Shown here one piece after another: positions 25,393 to 37,226 of a stretch of DNA of 64,000 nucleotides. Every line of letters begins with the position of its first letter. Within the stretch, counting starts at the first letter, position 1. This DNA comes from Amoebophrya sp. A120 (taxonomy: Eukaryota; Protista; Dinoflagellata). Made by a program: the position numbers and the translations under genes. The notes under the pieces were generated by a model that worked only from the letters and a program-made list of their open reading frames with translations, did not search any database and was not told the DNA's origin. The stretch spans positions 10,761,465-10,825,464 of the forward strand of contig CAJINV010000002.1 of assembly GCA_905178155.1 (NCBI GenBank), written 5' to 3'.

Positions 25393-28300
25393 ATGACTAA
25401 GCCAGCAGCAGGCATAAGTAGCGCAGGGCCTGCCCCCAAAGCTACCCCTTCCTCATCCAGGCAAAAAGGAGGATCCGGCCCCGCACCCGCCCCCCAAGCG
25501 AGCAAGGGAAATCTTGCAGGTGCTGATGCAGGCGCCGCCAGCAGTAGTAGCGCATCGGCGAGCAGTAGCATCCTTCCCGCCCCGAAATCCGGAAACCAGG
25601 ACACCGCCACGGCCAACCAGCCGGGACCAGCCCCCCGAAACAAGCTGGACTCTATCACGGAGGTCTTGCACATGGACCAAGGTACCCTTGATTGGGACAC
25701 CATCGCCGCACCCAAGGCAACGACGCTGCAGTCGCCGAGCGCCAAAATTGCAGCTTTCGTCGGCTACTCCATCTTACCCGCGCTCGAGTTGCGGGCGGGC
25801 GGCGAAAACTTCGGACAGGAAGATATTGAGGAGTTGTTGCAGTTCACGAACGAAGAGCTGGAAAAGCTCAGCACAAGCATGAACATTGATCGGGAACAAC
25901 TCCCCCTCGGGCTGCGGAATGGCCGGCCCGAGCAAACCCCCGCCAACTGGAACGTGTTCAAAGCGTTCAACGACGCCATAAGCGCCATCCAGGATACGAG
26001 CCAGCTGTTCCAGAACGAGCCGAAAAATACGTTCATGACAACGTCAAAGCTGCTAGTGCACGCGATGTTTGCGCTGGGCCGGTTCGCCACCAAATCGGGC
26101 TGGAAGGACATCCCGCAGGACGTGTTGCTTGACGCGGCCATGTTTACTTTTCACCTGCCGGGGGCAGGACTCGAGTTCTGCAAGATCATCTACAAAGTAT
26201 TTATTTTCCCCTCATTTTTTCCACGATTCCATGACGCCCATCATGCCTAGACACACACGCCACACAAGATGTTATTCATACTTTCCCCTCTCCTTCATAC
26301 AGGTAACGTGTGCGCTCAACGCCACGCGCGAGCCGCACCTCCAGGGATACGATTTCTGGCATCCAGTGCTGAAGGCTGCGTTCTCCACTTCGGGACCAGC
26401 GCCTGGCGACCTGAGGACGTTCAAGCTCGCGAAGCTCAACTTGCGCCTCACGCTGTTGCAGTGGTACGGGCCCATCAAGATGGACCTGTATTCCGACCAT
26501 TTGCACCACTACCTGCAGAAAACCCTGAAAGCGATCTTCCAGACGATCCCGGACAATTTTGTATTGCAAGAGAACCCAACACCACCCAACGCGGCGGACA
26601 TAGCCGAGAAGTGGCCTTTCACCGAGACAGCTACTATCGCGGATGTGAGGAAAATAGTACGAACGGAAGCCGCGAACAAACGCACCGAGGCAGAAGCGAA
26701 AGCTCGGTCCGCGGCCGCAACCAGCATCGCGAATGTCCGCGCACACCGCGACCGGCTACAGCATGAGTTGACAGCGGAAAGGGTGCACATCGAGTCGTAC
26801 CAGGGAATGGTGGCTCGGATGGAGAAAGAGCAGGACAGCAAGCAGCTACAGCTCACGGAGGCCTTGCTGAAGACCGCCGAGCTCGAGCGCGACATCGCTC
26901 AGCAACAGCCGCCCACGCGGCTCGATACCGGCGCACCGCCACCCCAGCTGCATTCGCCACTGCGGCGTGCACCGCGCGGGAAGGACACGCTAATCGGTGC
27001 GGTACCCCGACCCGACCTGAGCCGTGTCTCGCAGGACCCGCAGGGCGAGTTGTTTTCCGCGGAGTGCGGGCACTCCTTCAAGCGCGGAGGACCGCCTTCG
27101 AGCTCACCCAGCTCTGACTCGTCGAACCTTCGTGACGTTGCTTTCGGTTACAAAGACGACCAGCACGCGTCCGTACCACGGCCGACCAAGCACAGGAGGA
27201 ACAGCGCCCCTAGCGCCTCCCCAGTGCACGACGATCCACTGAACCATTTCAACGACACTCGGTTCCAAGGATTAGGAGCTGAAGATACGAATTGCAGATG
27301 GTATGAGCGGGAGGATCCATTCGAGCCGGCGCAGAGAGCCACCGGCGGCGACGACCGGCGAACGAGGTCGGGGGACCCCCGCCCCGCCCCGCGCGGATTC
27401 ATGCCCTTCTTCGGGTTCCCGGGCGCCCCCATATGGGGGAGCATGCCAAGCTTCGCTTCCATGTTTGGTAGCCGCTCTCGGTACGCGGACGATACGCGAG
27501 ACGCGAGCGCTCTTAGCCTGGCCGCCCGGGATAAAATCAGGGATAAGATGCCGCACCACGAGATTGAGAATAACTTGACTAACAACCACGGCGAGCAGTC
27601 ACCATGGGCTTTTCGCGAGCTGCGGTACCTGATCCATCAGGACTTCAAGCAGCACCGATCGCGCAAACACGACGGTATATTTCTAGCTTGGTTCTTCTAT
27701 TTTTCTGATGCATGAATGCTTTTGACTTTCAAGTCGCGTGCGCTCTATTTATTCATCCATCTCATTCCCTCTCGCCACCAGATACCTGGGAAGACAGCAG
27801 GGTAGCCGCGTCACACACGCTCTTGTACGGCATTACAACCCGCGAGCTTCTCATCGAGGCAGGGCAGAGATCAGATGGTGCTGACCTCACGCAGTTTGAG
27901 GCCCTAGTTACCAGCTTAGCAGCGAACAAGCTGTTGGTGAAGGAGCGCTGGGATAAGATGACTGAAGACAGGGCTAAAATCCCGACCGACCCAGCGAAGC
28001 TAACTTGGCCTTTCGGCTTCTCGGCCGCCGACAAAGCGGACGCCCTGGAGCTGCTAGACGACATCATCTCTAAAGCAAGTTCCACAACTTCCACACAAAT
28101 GAGCATCCTCTTTACGCAGCACACCGCCACGCTGCACGATCTACAGGTGCTGGTGCGCAAGCTAGGAAAGGAGATCGGGAAGCATAAGAAGTCCCACCCG
28201 CACGACATTCAGTCGTACGATTCTAAGGAGCTACGGGCCCTCGCATCGACCGAATTCCTCCACACGTTGCTGCTGATCATCCCGTTCACGCTGACCGATT

Positions 28301-29628
28301 TGTACAAAAATAGGACGTGCGAGCTCTACGCGCTATTGAAGAATAAGATCCAGGACGCCGGTCTCTGCGAAAAGTTCACTAGCAAAGATACTTCGAAAGC
28401 GTTGCTCTTGTACTTCGAGTACTGTTTGGATTGGCAGAAAGAGATCAAAGAATTCGCGAATAAGCCCAAACCGGAGGAACGCAAAACAGCCGAGCAAATC
28501 CAGCCGCCGATCGACCGCTTTATTAAAGGTGCTTATTTGTAGTTTTCCCTCCAGATGATTTTTGCTGCTATCAGTACGCCATGACCTCTGTTAATTATTC
28601 TCATTATTCTTCGCAATCCCCCCCTACAGTTCGTTCTCGATTTTCCCACTTCTCAGATGTGGGCCAACTCCCGGACGCCGCCAAAAGTTGGACCGAAGAA
28701 GCAGTTGCGGGTGTGGAAAAAACGAAGTCCTCCAAAGGATGGACGACGTCGATTCGTGCCATCGCGCACAGACACAACCCGAAAGTCAAGGAGCACGCAC
28801 CCAACCCAGGCGGCAGCCGCAGCCAGGGGAAGGGTCATAAAACCGCACAGAACCAGACCCGAGGTGACCGACCTACCAACCGGGGTGATCGCGACTTCCC
28901 GTACAACCCGCGTCCGCGGTTCGGTGCGAATGGAAAAGGTTTCGGCAATCAGTTCCGCGACTGGGATTGGTACGGCGGAGGCGGAGGCGGCGGCAGAAGC
29001 CGCCAGCTGTTCAGCGCCAACTACCAGAGCCAGTACGGAGGGGGCTGCGATTTACCCACTTTCCACCAGGGTCACAATCACCGCATTCGTCCAGACCGCG
29101 CATCGTATCGGGATTACGACTACCGCGATCGCGCGTGGCAAGACCACCACTACGGCAGGGACCAGGAGCGACAGCAGCCGCCCCCACCCGCCGCCCCAGG
29201 AGGGGGAGAAAACAGAACCCTCCCTCCGGGCTCGAAGGGCGCCACGAAGGGCGACCTTGATGCCAAAGGTACACTTTTTCTTTGTCATGTAGTTGTCACA
29301 GCGACATTTGTCGCCGAGCATGCGACATCTCGATCCCCATAGCATTCGCATTGTTCATTTTTCATCTTGATTATTATCAGGCGGGGGAGGTAAAGGCAAC
29401 ATCCCAGTCTTCCGGCAGAAGCTGATCACCGGTGTCTACAAGAACAAGGCTACGCTCGAGGAACTCAAGGCAGACAACAAGCTGTGCACATACCATTTGT
29501 GTTGTATCAACAAAGTCAAGAACGATAGGGGAGCGATCATCTTCTGCCAACCCACAGGGAACAACAAGTGCACGAAAGACCACTCGTATACAGAAACTAA
29601 GAACGCCGAATACCTGAAGAGAGCGTAG
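25393..29628 (+). CDS. Gag-like protein of the YR retrotransposon, 5 exons (introns 26197-26302, 27675-27781, 28529-28656, 29269-29380)
   Basis: Four T-rich GT-AG introns of 106-128 nt each restore frame. The product has a coiled coil, an R/G-rich region and a terminal Cys/His cluster (CTYHLCC...FCQPTGNNKCTKDH). The gag assignment rests on position and this cluster. Confidence 0.78.
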
Positions 29629-30456
29629 TGTTAAATTAAAAAATTTCTCGAAAATATGAGCTATATTTACTTCTCTCGAGCTGGAAGCCGTATCGTTCCA
29701 GCTTTAGTATTACGAACGATCGCGACCACCTAGACACGCTTCCCCACACGAACATCAGTCGTGTGGTCTCGTCAATGCAGATTATCAGACATTTTTATTT
29801 TTGTATTTTTCTTCGCTCTATGAACTATATTTGTTGACTGCATTACAGATTCTGGTCGTAGTAAGCGTTCGAGCTGAAGACCCAATACCTACCCCGAACG
29901 AGCACTACAATCCAAGATTTGTTATTGATTTGTGATTTTTCATCACGTAAATATCTTGTATCGCAGCTGTGAGCATGGCTTTCGTCTACCAGCTACGAAT
30001 AGCTATCAATTGAAAGGATGACAGGGACGTCATTTAGGCACTCGTAGCATGCATTGCACGCATGTGCAGGCTCTCCGTTCTCAAATATGCGTGTTCACGT
30101 CGTCTAGCAATTCGTTCTAACTTTCTCCTCGGACACTCTACCTTGCACTAGAGTCATCGTAGTAGTTCGGACCGCCTCAGTCGTCAATCCACCGGATTCT
30201 ATCGCATTTCTGTCGTTGCTGTGTCGTACGCATTCGTTCGGGGTCGTAGGGGCATCGCATTGACGATTCTAAACACACCTCGTAGACTTAGCATAGTCGT
30301 ATCCAAGCTACACTACCCCCGCATAGTAAAAGCCTACTCACCCTTAGAACATCTAATACAAACCATTTCACTAGGCCGTACTCTAAGCCGCTGTTTTTTG
30401 CTTGTTCTACATCTTTTGTATCATGCAGTTGGATCACGCCGTGATTTCTTCCTAGA

Positions 30457-31167
30457 ATGGCACAGCGTAGCGTCATCTTTCGCCGCCGCATTCCCAATTC
30501 TCAGAGGGTCAAAGACCTCATCGTCGACGAAGAGGTGATAGTCGAGGCGCGGGACACCGAGGGCAATACAGTCTGGGATACCAGCCTCGCGGAGCCAGTC
30601 CTTACTGACAACCCGCTGCACATACCGAAACCGCTACAGCCGCGAACTCGCGTCCACCCGTTCGCGGCGAAGCAGCAAGACGCTCGTAAGAGCGGTCCGA
30701 ACGGACGGCGGGCGGGTACCCCGTCCCCAACCAAGGAATCGCGCGAGAGGTGGATTCTGCAGGAACATCCCACCTTCTCCCCGCCAGGGTGGCGAGAGCG
30801 GGAGCGAGCCCGGAAAGGCGTCGCAACGCTCCTCTGGACCAGCGAAGCCCCTCCTCCGAGGAGAGAAGCACCGGAGTATTCACCGGACACCGTGAAGTTG
30901 TGGAGCGAGTGGCAGAACAGAAAGGCAGCAAAGCCTCAGGCTAAATCCTTCACTGACCCCGGCATTTCTACTGTTGGCAACGTCTCATCTGCTTCCGACC
31001 ACCAGTTGCAGCGTCCAGCTAAAGTCAGGAGGACATCGGAACAGCAGTCCCAGCCGGGCCCGTGGAACACGATCTTTCTGTGCGTTAGCGATGCCGCGCA
31101 AGCGGGTGCGAAAGAGCAACAGCAAGAAGCAGGGGGAGCCAAGAGCTCCTCCGCCCGCCAAGCGTGA
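30457..31167 (+). CDS. ORF overlapping the pol 5' end; possible first exon of pol
   Basis: 236-aa ORF. A hypothetical GC-AG intron at 30940-31018 would fuse it in frame to the RT ORF. Confidence 0.4.
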   Translation: MAQRSVIFRRRIPNSQRVKDLIVDEEVIVEARDTEGNTVWDTSLAEPVLTDNPLHIPKPLQPRTRVHPFAAKQQDARKSGPNGRRAGTPSPTKESRERWILQEHPTFSPPGWRERERARKGVATLLWTSEAPPPRREAPEYSPDTVKLWSEWQNRKAAKPQAKSFTDPGISTVGNVSSASDHQLQRPAKVRRTSEQQSQPGPWNTIFLCVSDAAQAGAKEQQQEAGGAKSSSARQA

Positions 31168-33571
31168 ATGCGCTTCATGGGACGAATGCGACCTTCTGAC
31201 GCCCGAGCGGAGAGCCGCGCTGGATCATCTGCGGAAGCTGCAGCAGTGGGATGCTGCCACCAGGATCGCCATGGAGGAGCAGCGAATTCAGGGGATACTT
31301 GACGACCTAGAAGCCCACCTGTTAGCAAACGAAATCGAGATTCAGAAATATGAAGATGAGAAACCTGTGCACATTCACCAGATAAACAACTCCTACCTAG
31401 GCACCGACCCGGGCTTTCCAACGCGCAAACTGAACGTATTCGCGTTGAACTACTTAGCCGAAAAAAGCGATTACTTGGACGCCGAGAAGCGGTCCATGTT
31501 ATATGGACTTTCCGGGTTCTGCAACACAGGCTTCCCTTCGGAAGGCCTAGTTCCGGTGTATGGCGCCTGGCCAGGCGGCAGGAAGCTATCACCAAGCGAG
31601 CTGCAGCGGGTGCAAGACTTCAGCTTCCACGACCCGCTGCGCCACGCGAAGGTGCAAGCAGCCCGAGCAGCGCAGAAAGCGCCTAGCTGCGACGATGATC
31701 TCGACATACACGAGAGGTGCTACCAGGCCTACGAGAAGCTCCAGAAGAGCGGCCTCGCAGAGCCTATCGACTCGTCGACGGCGGAACAGATGATGGGGAA
31801 AGGGGCCTACTTTGTGGACGTTTTTGGTTTAGGTCAACGGCCAGACGACACGGGCCGGTTTCAGAAGGTCCGTCCGATTTCAGACGAGTCCGTGCGAAAC
31901 GAGGAGCTGTCACCCGCAACGGAGCACATGACTCTCCCAGGCATCCCGACAGTGATGCAGGCGGCGTTATACGCGCTTAACCCGCAATTCTCGTCCCAGT
32001 TCGCACAGGACAAGAGAGACGTCTTGAAATCCATCAACGAAGGCAGAGCAAAAGCAGCAGCATTGGGGAACAAGAAGATGGCATGGACAGACTTGACAAC
32101 TCTTCCCGAACCGGAGAAGGCGTTCGGGGGCCGTTCCTTCATGCCGACGTTCTGCAAAAATGATTTGCAGCAAGCATACTTTCAATTCGGCGTGCACTCG
32201 CCGGACAGAAATATGTACCGGATCTTCAACTATGGTTTGCAAAAGTATCGCACTCGCATTACATTTTTCTTCAGCATGAGAAACTATTTTTGTAGCGCGG
32301 CTTTGACTTGACATGGCTTTTGTAATGCACATTTGCATCGCGAGTGCGATACTTTTGCACAAGATATTAACCCGTCGACCATGAGCTTCGAATACGGTAA
32401 ACTTCTCACCTTGAACTTCGGAAACGTGCATTCGGTGTTTGGATTCGTGGGGGGAATCAGCGAGCTGTTGAACTGCTTCCTGAACAAAGTGCTGCTCGTG
32501 CCATCCATGGTGTACATAGATGACATCATTACCGTCTCCGACGGAGTTTTGGACACGGTGTACAGCAATGCAGTCCGAAGACTGTGCCAGATAGTGGGCA
32601 TCGCGGTGGCACCCGACAAAGTCGAGTTCGCTAATTTCTCGGAGAGCTGCGAAATCCTCGGAGTTTTGTGCGAGGTGTCTAAGGAGCAAATTTCTTTCTC
32701 CCTATCGAAGAAGAAAGTCGCGCTCATCTGCGACGAGATCGACAAGGTACTACGCAGCCTCGCGAAGCGCAACCCGCACTCCCACTTCAAGAAGTTGCAG
32801 AAACTGCAGGGAGTGCTCATGTATGGGCTCTTTTCGAGAAAGTACAAGAAGGGGATCCCTTGTGTCAAGCACCTGTACGACCTGACCGATACCGCCGCCA
32901 AATTCCATGAGAAAATAGCGCAGCCGAAGGTAGTCGAGAATCTAGTAGTCATGCTAACCAAGGCCAGGGCGATCATCGCCGCCAACGAGAAGACCACCAT
33001 CAAGGCCGAAGCCGCCACTAGAGCGCGAGTACACCTGATGACAGACGCCTCCGCCGACGCGGGGCGAGTGGCCTACGGAGGAGTTTTGTTTACCGCCCCG
33101 GGCAAGTCCATCGGGTACACATTGCATCGAACCGAGAAGCAGTTGCCGGACTTTGTCAAGCGATCGTGCATTCTTACGCACGAGTTGATAGCAGTGGCGC
33201 TCGGTGAACGCCTTTTTCGCGATTACCTGCGGGGGCGGAACTGCATTTCGCATGTGGATAATGCCGCCGCGACTTTCGGCATCATCAAAGGAGATTTAAA
33301 AGGAGCCAAGCCAGCAGCTGCCGCCTCGTCGCTTTGTGCCCGGCTGCACAGCGCCGATTCGTGGTTCTACCACGGCTACATAAACACGCATCTCAACGTT
33401 TCGGATGCGTGTACGAGGAAGGATATGTTCGACGAATTGTTGAGCAAGTACGGAACCGAATTCCCGTTTTCTGAACAAGAAGTTCTCAGCACTTTGAGCG
33501 ACTTTGTTAGTGAGATGGAATGTTTGTACAATGATTGCAATTTGGACGCGTTTCGAAAGACGAAAGTATAG
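31091..33571 (+). CDS. Reverse transcriptase-RNase H (pol), interrupted by an introner at 32231-32371
   Basis: KVRPISD, KNDLQQAYFQ, LNFGNVHSVFGF, VYIDD (YIDD 32513-32524), EILGV; RNase H MTDAS, HELIAV, HVDN, NVSDACTR. Confidence 0.92.
32231..32366. mobile_element. 136-bp TIR introner/MITE inside the RT gene
   Basis: Perfect inverted repeat GCAAAAGTATCGCACTCGC / GCGAGTGCGATACTTTTGC; ends TAT...ATA; flanks TCAAC and TTAAC. It contains the in-frame TGA that splits the RT. Removing 141 nt gives YRIFNPSTMSFEYG. Confidence 0.85.
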
Positions 33572-34006
33572 TTTCTTCATCATCTACATTACGTTTTATT
33601 TTTCTTTCATGGCGATCTACCGACCGGACCAGCGCTCGCTGTACGTAGCTTTTTGTTTCTTCTTGGCACATTCAAATGATTCTAACACATCTACAGGCTT
33701 CAGTTGCATGCTCAGCATCTAGATGAGCACCTGCCACGCACACAGAGCGCAGGTGCATCGCTTGAGCACAGTCATCAATGTGTTCTTGCCGACATCGGAG
33801 CGCTTCGCTCGGACAAGAACGAGAGATATCAGGTCCCCGAGAGTAAGATTCGCCCGTGTGCAATAAGATCAGAGCCCTCGATCGATCGAAATAATAACAA
33901 ATCTACTTCCTGTTTCCAGTATGAACCCTTAAAGATCAGCACTATTCCCACGGTGTTGTAAGCAGCAGTATGATCATCCAAATTCCACAATAATAGGCAA
34001 TAGGAG

Positions 34007-35433
34007 ATGTTGCTAAGTCACGAATTGAAAAAGGCGCGGATACGCGCAGTCCCGCCCAAGGACTTAGCAGGCCTTAGTCGCGGTAATCAAAACAATTACT
34101 ATAACGGTCCGCGAGAGAGACTAGACAACTGGGCCACCGCGATAAGAAACAAAAGAACCCCACCCGTAGTCTCTAGATATTACAGCAATTTATGGGCCAT
34201 GCCCGACGATTTGGTGCTGGCTATTTGGCCGGAAGAGGAGATCTTTCTCTCTACGGAGTACGGACTCAGCAACCGCAATTCAAAGTGGCGGGTCTGGATG
34301 TTTTGGTGCATGAAGTTTGAGCCGAGGCTTTTTATGAACCTCGCGCACGTGCCGCGAGACCGCGACGGACTAGCCACCTTACGACGGAAACACCCAAATG
34401 TCCTCTGGTCGGATCTGCAGAGATTCGGCCAATTTTTGGTGGATCACGACTACGGCGACCCACTAGTGTACCTGTCGCTAGCGGGGCAGCGTCTGAGATC
34501 TCTCAATGGACTCGAGAAGACCAACGGATGGAGAGGATCGCTCCAGACGCTCACATTCGAAAATGTGAAGCGCATGTTGGAACCGATGTTACGGGCCAAG
34601 GCCATCCCGCCCGACTTTTCCCGCACCAAGTCGCTGGCACCTAGGGACCTGCGGATATTCCTACAGTGGTGGGTTACAGGACTGCGGCCCAAATCGTTCA
34701 TATCCATCAACCCGCAGATCGCCCGGGTCGACCCAGACGATGCGAGCCTGATGCTGATCACCATCCCCAGCATGAAATGCTTACCCACGCCGGGAGAAAC
34801 ATTTCAGGTATGTCTATCATATTCTTGTTTTCTTTTTTGCAAATGCATCACCAGTAACGACACACGGTATCAACTCATGCGAAGTATTCTTTTACTAGAA
34901 CTGTCCTACTCCATCCCCTCCTACCCACCACACAGGTACGAATACCCTCGAACATCTGGCACCCGGACGTCTTTCCGGTATCAGTACGCGACATTAATCG
35001 CGTAGCAAAACAGATGGGCACAACGCCGTATGGCCCCAGAAGAGGTCTAGCGATAGCCCTGAGGATCCGTGCCCTCCACTTCAACTACCTCCCAGGTGGA
35101 TCCAAGCGCCAGCGCGAAGCTTACGACCGCTACAAAACCAAAGTGAGCCGGTGGATGGGCTGGTCGCCCAAGTCCATGATGTGGGAAAAGGAGTACAGCG
35201 TGGATGTCATAGACTACCTTGAACACTCCTTCCTCATGCACCCAGATCTAGAACGATTTTTCACCGTGCACCCAGCCGAGCTCGAGATGCCGCCAAGCGA
35301 TGACGTCCCCTCCGACGACGAGCAAGAGCTGGAAATGAACGATGAGAAGTACGCGCTTCTAGACTCTGACATACTAGATTTCTTCAACGATGTGGGACCA
35401 GCTAGAGATGCCGCCACGCTCGAAATCCAGTAA
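34007..35433 (+). CDS. Tyrosine recombinase (2 exons; intron 34808-34935)
   Basis: Box I WVTGLRPKS, box II YGPRRGLA (H replaced by Y in HxxR), MGWS...EKEYS with the candidate catalytic Tyr. A phase-0 GT-AG intron joins ORFs 34007 and 35014. Confidence 0.85.
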
Positions 35434-35651
35434 AGAAAAGCGAATCGAGATCTTCACTTTTTCTTTTGAACACCATTGGCTCGACAGCATGCACAATCAA
35501 ATCACTACTCGCAATCAGGACTCAGTGGATCCAGGCACACTAGAAGTCTCGTCCTGGTTTTCTCGTAGCGCTACGCTAGTGCACGCTTCACATGCTCATG
35601 ATCTGTACCAGCTAATGATCAAATCTCGTGCCCAGAATGTCTCGCCAAAAT

Positions 35652-35926
35652 TGGGTTCAGAGTGCATTGCCATAGACTCAGTAAGCCCTTGCGCGCCCGC
35701 GCCAAGGGCCTGTCGATGATCGTTCGCGTGCTCAACGAGATCAGCCTCGATCGCAGCTCGATCATACCGGAATCCGTTCTACTGAGTTTGCGCTTCCTCT
35801 TGTCCAATTGTTATTGGCGTTCGAGTTCAGCGCGGTCTAGTTCGACTGCTATCTAGAAACTAGAAACCAAATGTATTCGAGACCAGTATCTCATAGCAAG
35901 AGTTGCAGCTAAGTTCAAGTTTATTT
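35652..35926 (+). repeat. Split direct repeat B1 (275 bp)
   Basis: Identical by eye to 36232-36506. Confidence 0.95.
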
Positions 35927-35956
35927 GCTGTAATAAATAAACATTGAACTGGCTGC
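35905..35956. other. Candidate YR recombination (att/lox-like) site at the B1/A2 junction
   Basis: 22-bp imperfect inverted arms GCAGCTAAGTTCAAGTTTATTT and AAATAAACATTGAACTGGCTGC flank an 8-bp spacer GCTGTAAT. Confidence 0.7.
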
Positions 35957-36165
35957 TATTCGTATGATCCTGCTCTCTCGTGATTGTGTTTCTTTCTCTA
36001 GCTATTCGTCTCCCCGGGGAAAATAGCTATTCGTCATCGTAAAACTACGTAAAGCTTTCCACGATCTACGTATGTCGCGTCCCCGGACGCTTTCGGGCTT
36101 CACACCTGACTACTCCGCTCCGGCGGATACGTCATCAGGAATTTGATTTTCCGAAATCTTTTTCC
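35927..36165 (+). repeat. Split direct repeat A2 (239 bp)
   Basis: Copy of 21884-22122, directly abutting B1. Confidence 0.95.
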
Positions 36166-36231
36166 CACCCGCTGCTATTCACGCCACCTCATCGCAGCTT
36201 TCCCTCGCCTTTTTCCTGGGGACGCGTGTGA

Positions 36232-36506
36232 TGGGTTCAGAGTGCATTGCCATAGACTCAGTAAGCCCTTGCGCGCCCGCGCCAAGGGCCTGTCGATGAT
36301 CGTTCGCGTGCTCAACGAGATCAGCCTCGATCGCAGCTCGATCATACCGGAATCCGTTCTACTGAGTTTGCGCTTCCTCTTGTCCAATTGTTATTGGCGT
36401 TCGAGTTCAGCGCGGTCTAGTTCGACTGCTATCTAGAAACTAGAAACCAAATGTATTCGAGACCAGTATCTCATAGCAAGAGTTGCAGCTAAGTTCAAGT
36501 TTATTT
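36232..36506 (+). repeat. Split direct repeat B2 (275 bp)
   Basis: Copy of 35652-35926; right end of the element. Confidence 0.95.
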
Positions 36507-37226
36507 ATACCCCTGAAAATTCAGCGATTTGATGAACATTGAATTAACAAAAAGCTGCAGCTCTTCATGTTTGATCACATAGAAAGGGGCCTTGGTTGCC
36601 AGTCGTGAATGATTGACCCAGCGTCTCAACAGATAAAGAGTCGTCGAGTCTTTCGACTGACATCGCGAAGGCTTTAAAAAGCTAAACGCAGTTCCATGTT
36701 CAGTACCGCGATATTCAGCGTCGTCAACTGTTCCCGATTTCGTTTCCATCGGTAGTTCACAGCGGTACTTCTAGACTTTATTTTTCCCGTCTAAGTTTTT
36801 GTGAGACAACTAGAGCAACAAGATCGGAAAGCCTAGAGTTTTGTTGTCTTTAAGTATCTTGTTGTCTTGCACGTTCTGGGGTTCCAAAGACCACCGATGT
36901 TGTACACTTGGTCTTCCGAAGTGTTGCCTCCGCGAATGCGATGTGGTATTCGTCTTCTGCTCAGATCCAGACAGCGTGCGCCCCGCGCAGCCTGCACATT
37001 ACCTTCTCGCACTCAAGTGTTGTCGGTAGAGTAGAGGTACTAGTCGCGAGGCCCAGCAATGTTTGGTTGCGCGGTTGCCACCTCCTAGAAGATTTTTGTC
37101 TTTTTTCTACGGACTGATCGATGTGCGAAATACAGCAGGAAAAACATGTTGTGAAGATTCTTTCCTCGCGCGGAACCCCCGGGAGCGAGTTTTTCCGTGC
37201 CCCCGCGTCGTTCGGGGGCCCTCGGA

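Larger units (their letters stand above)
21884..36506 (+). mobile_element. Tyrosine-recombinase (DIRS-order; Ngaro/PAT-type split-direct-repeat) retrotransposon, apparently full length, 14.6 kb
   Basis: A1-ORFs-B1-A2-spacer-B2 repeat layout enclosing gag-like, RT/RNase H and YR genes. No DDE integrase, protease or TSD seen. Confidence 0.93.

Noticed and set aside
32309-32333. Stop-codon readthrough or frameshift between the two pol ORFs
   Set aside because: The stop lies inside a TIR-bounded insert whose removal restores RT motif spacing.
21884-36165. A1/A2 read as ordinary LTRs of a gypsy or copia element
   Set aside because: No TG...CA ends, TSD, protease or DDE integrase. The additional B1/B2 pair and the YR indicate split direct repeats.
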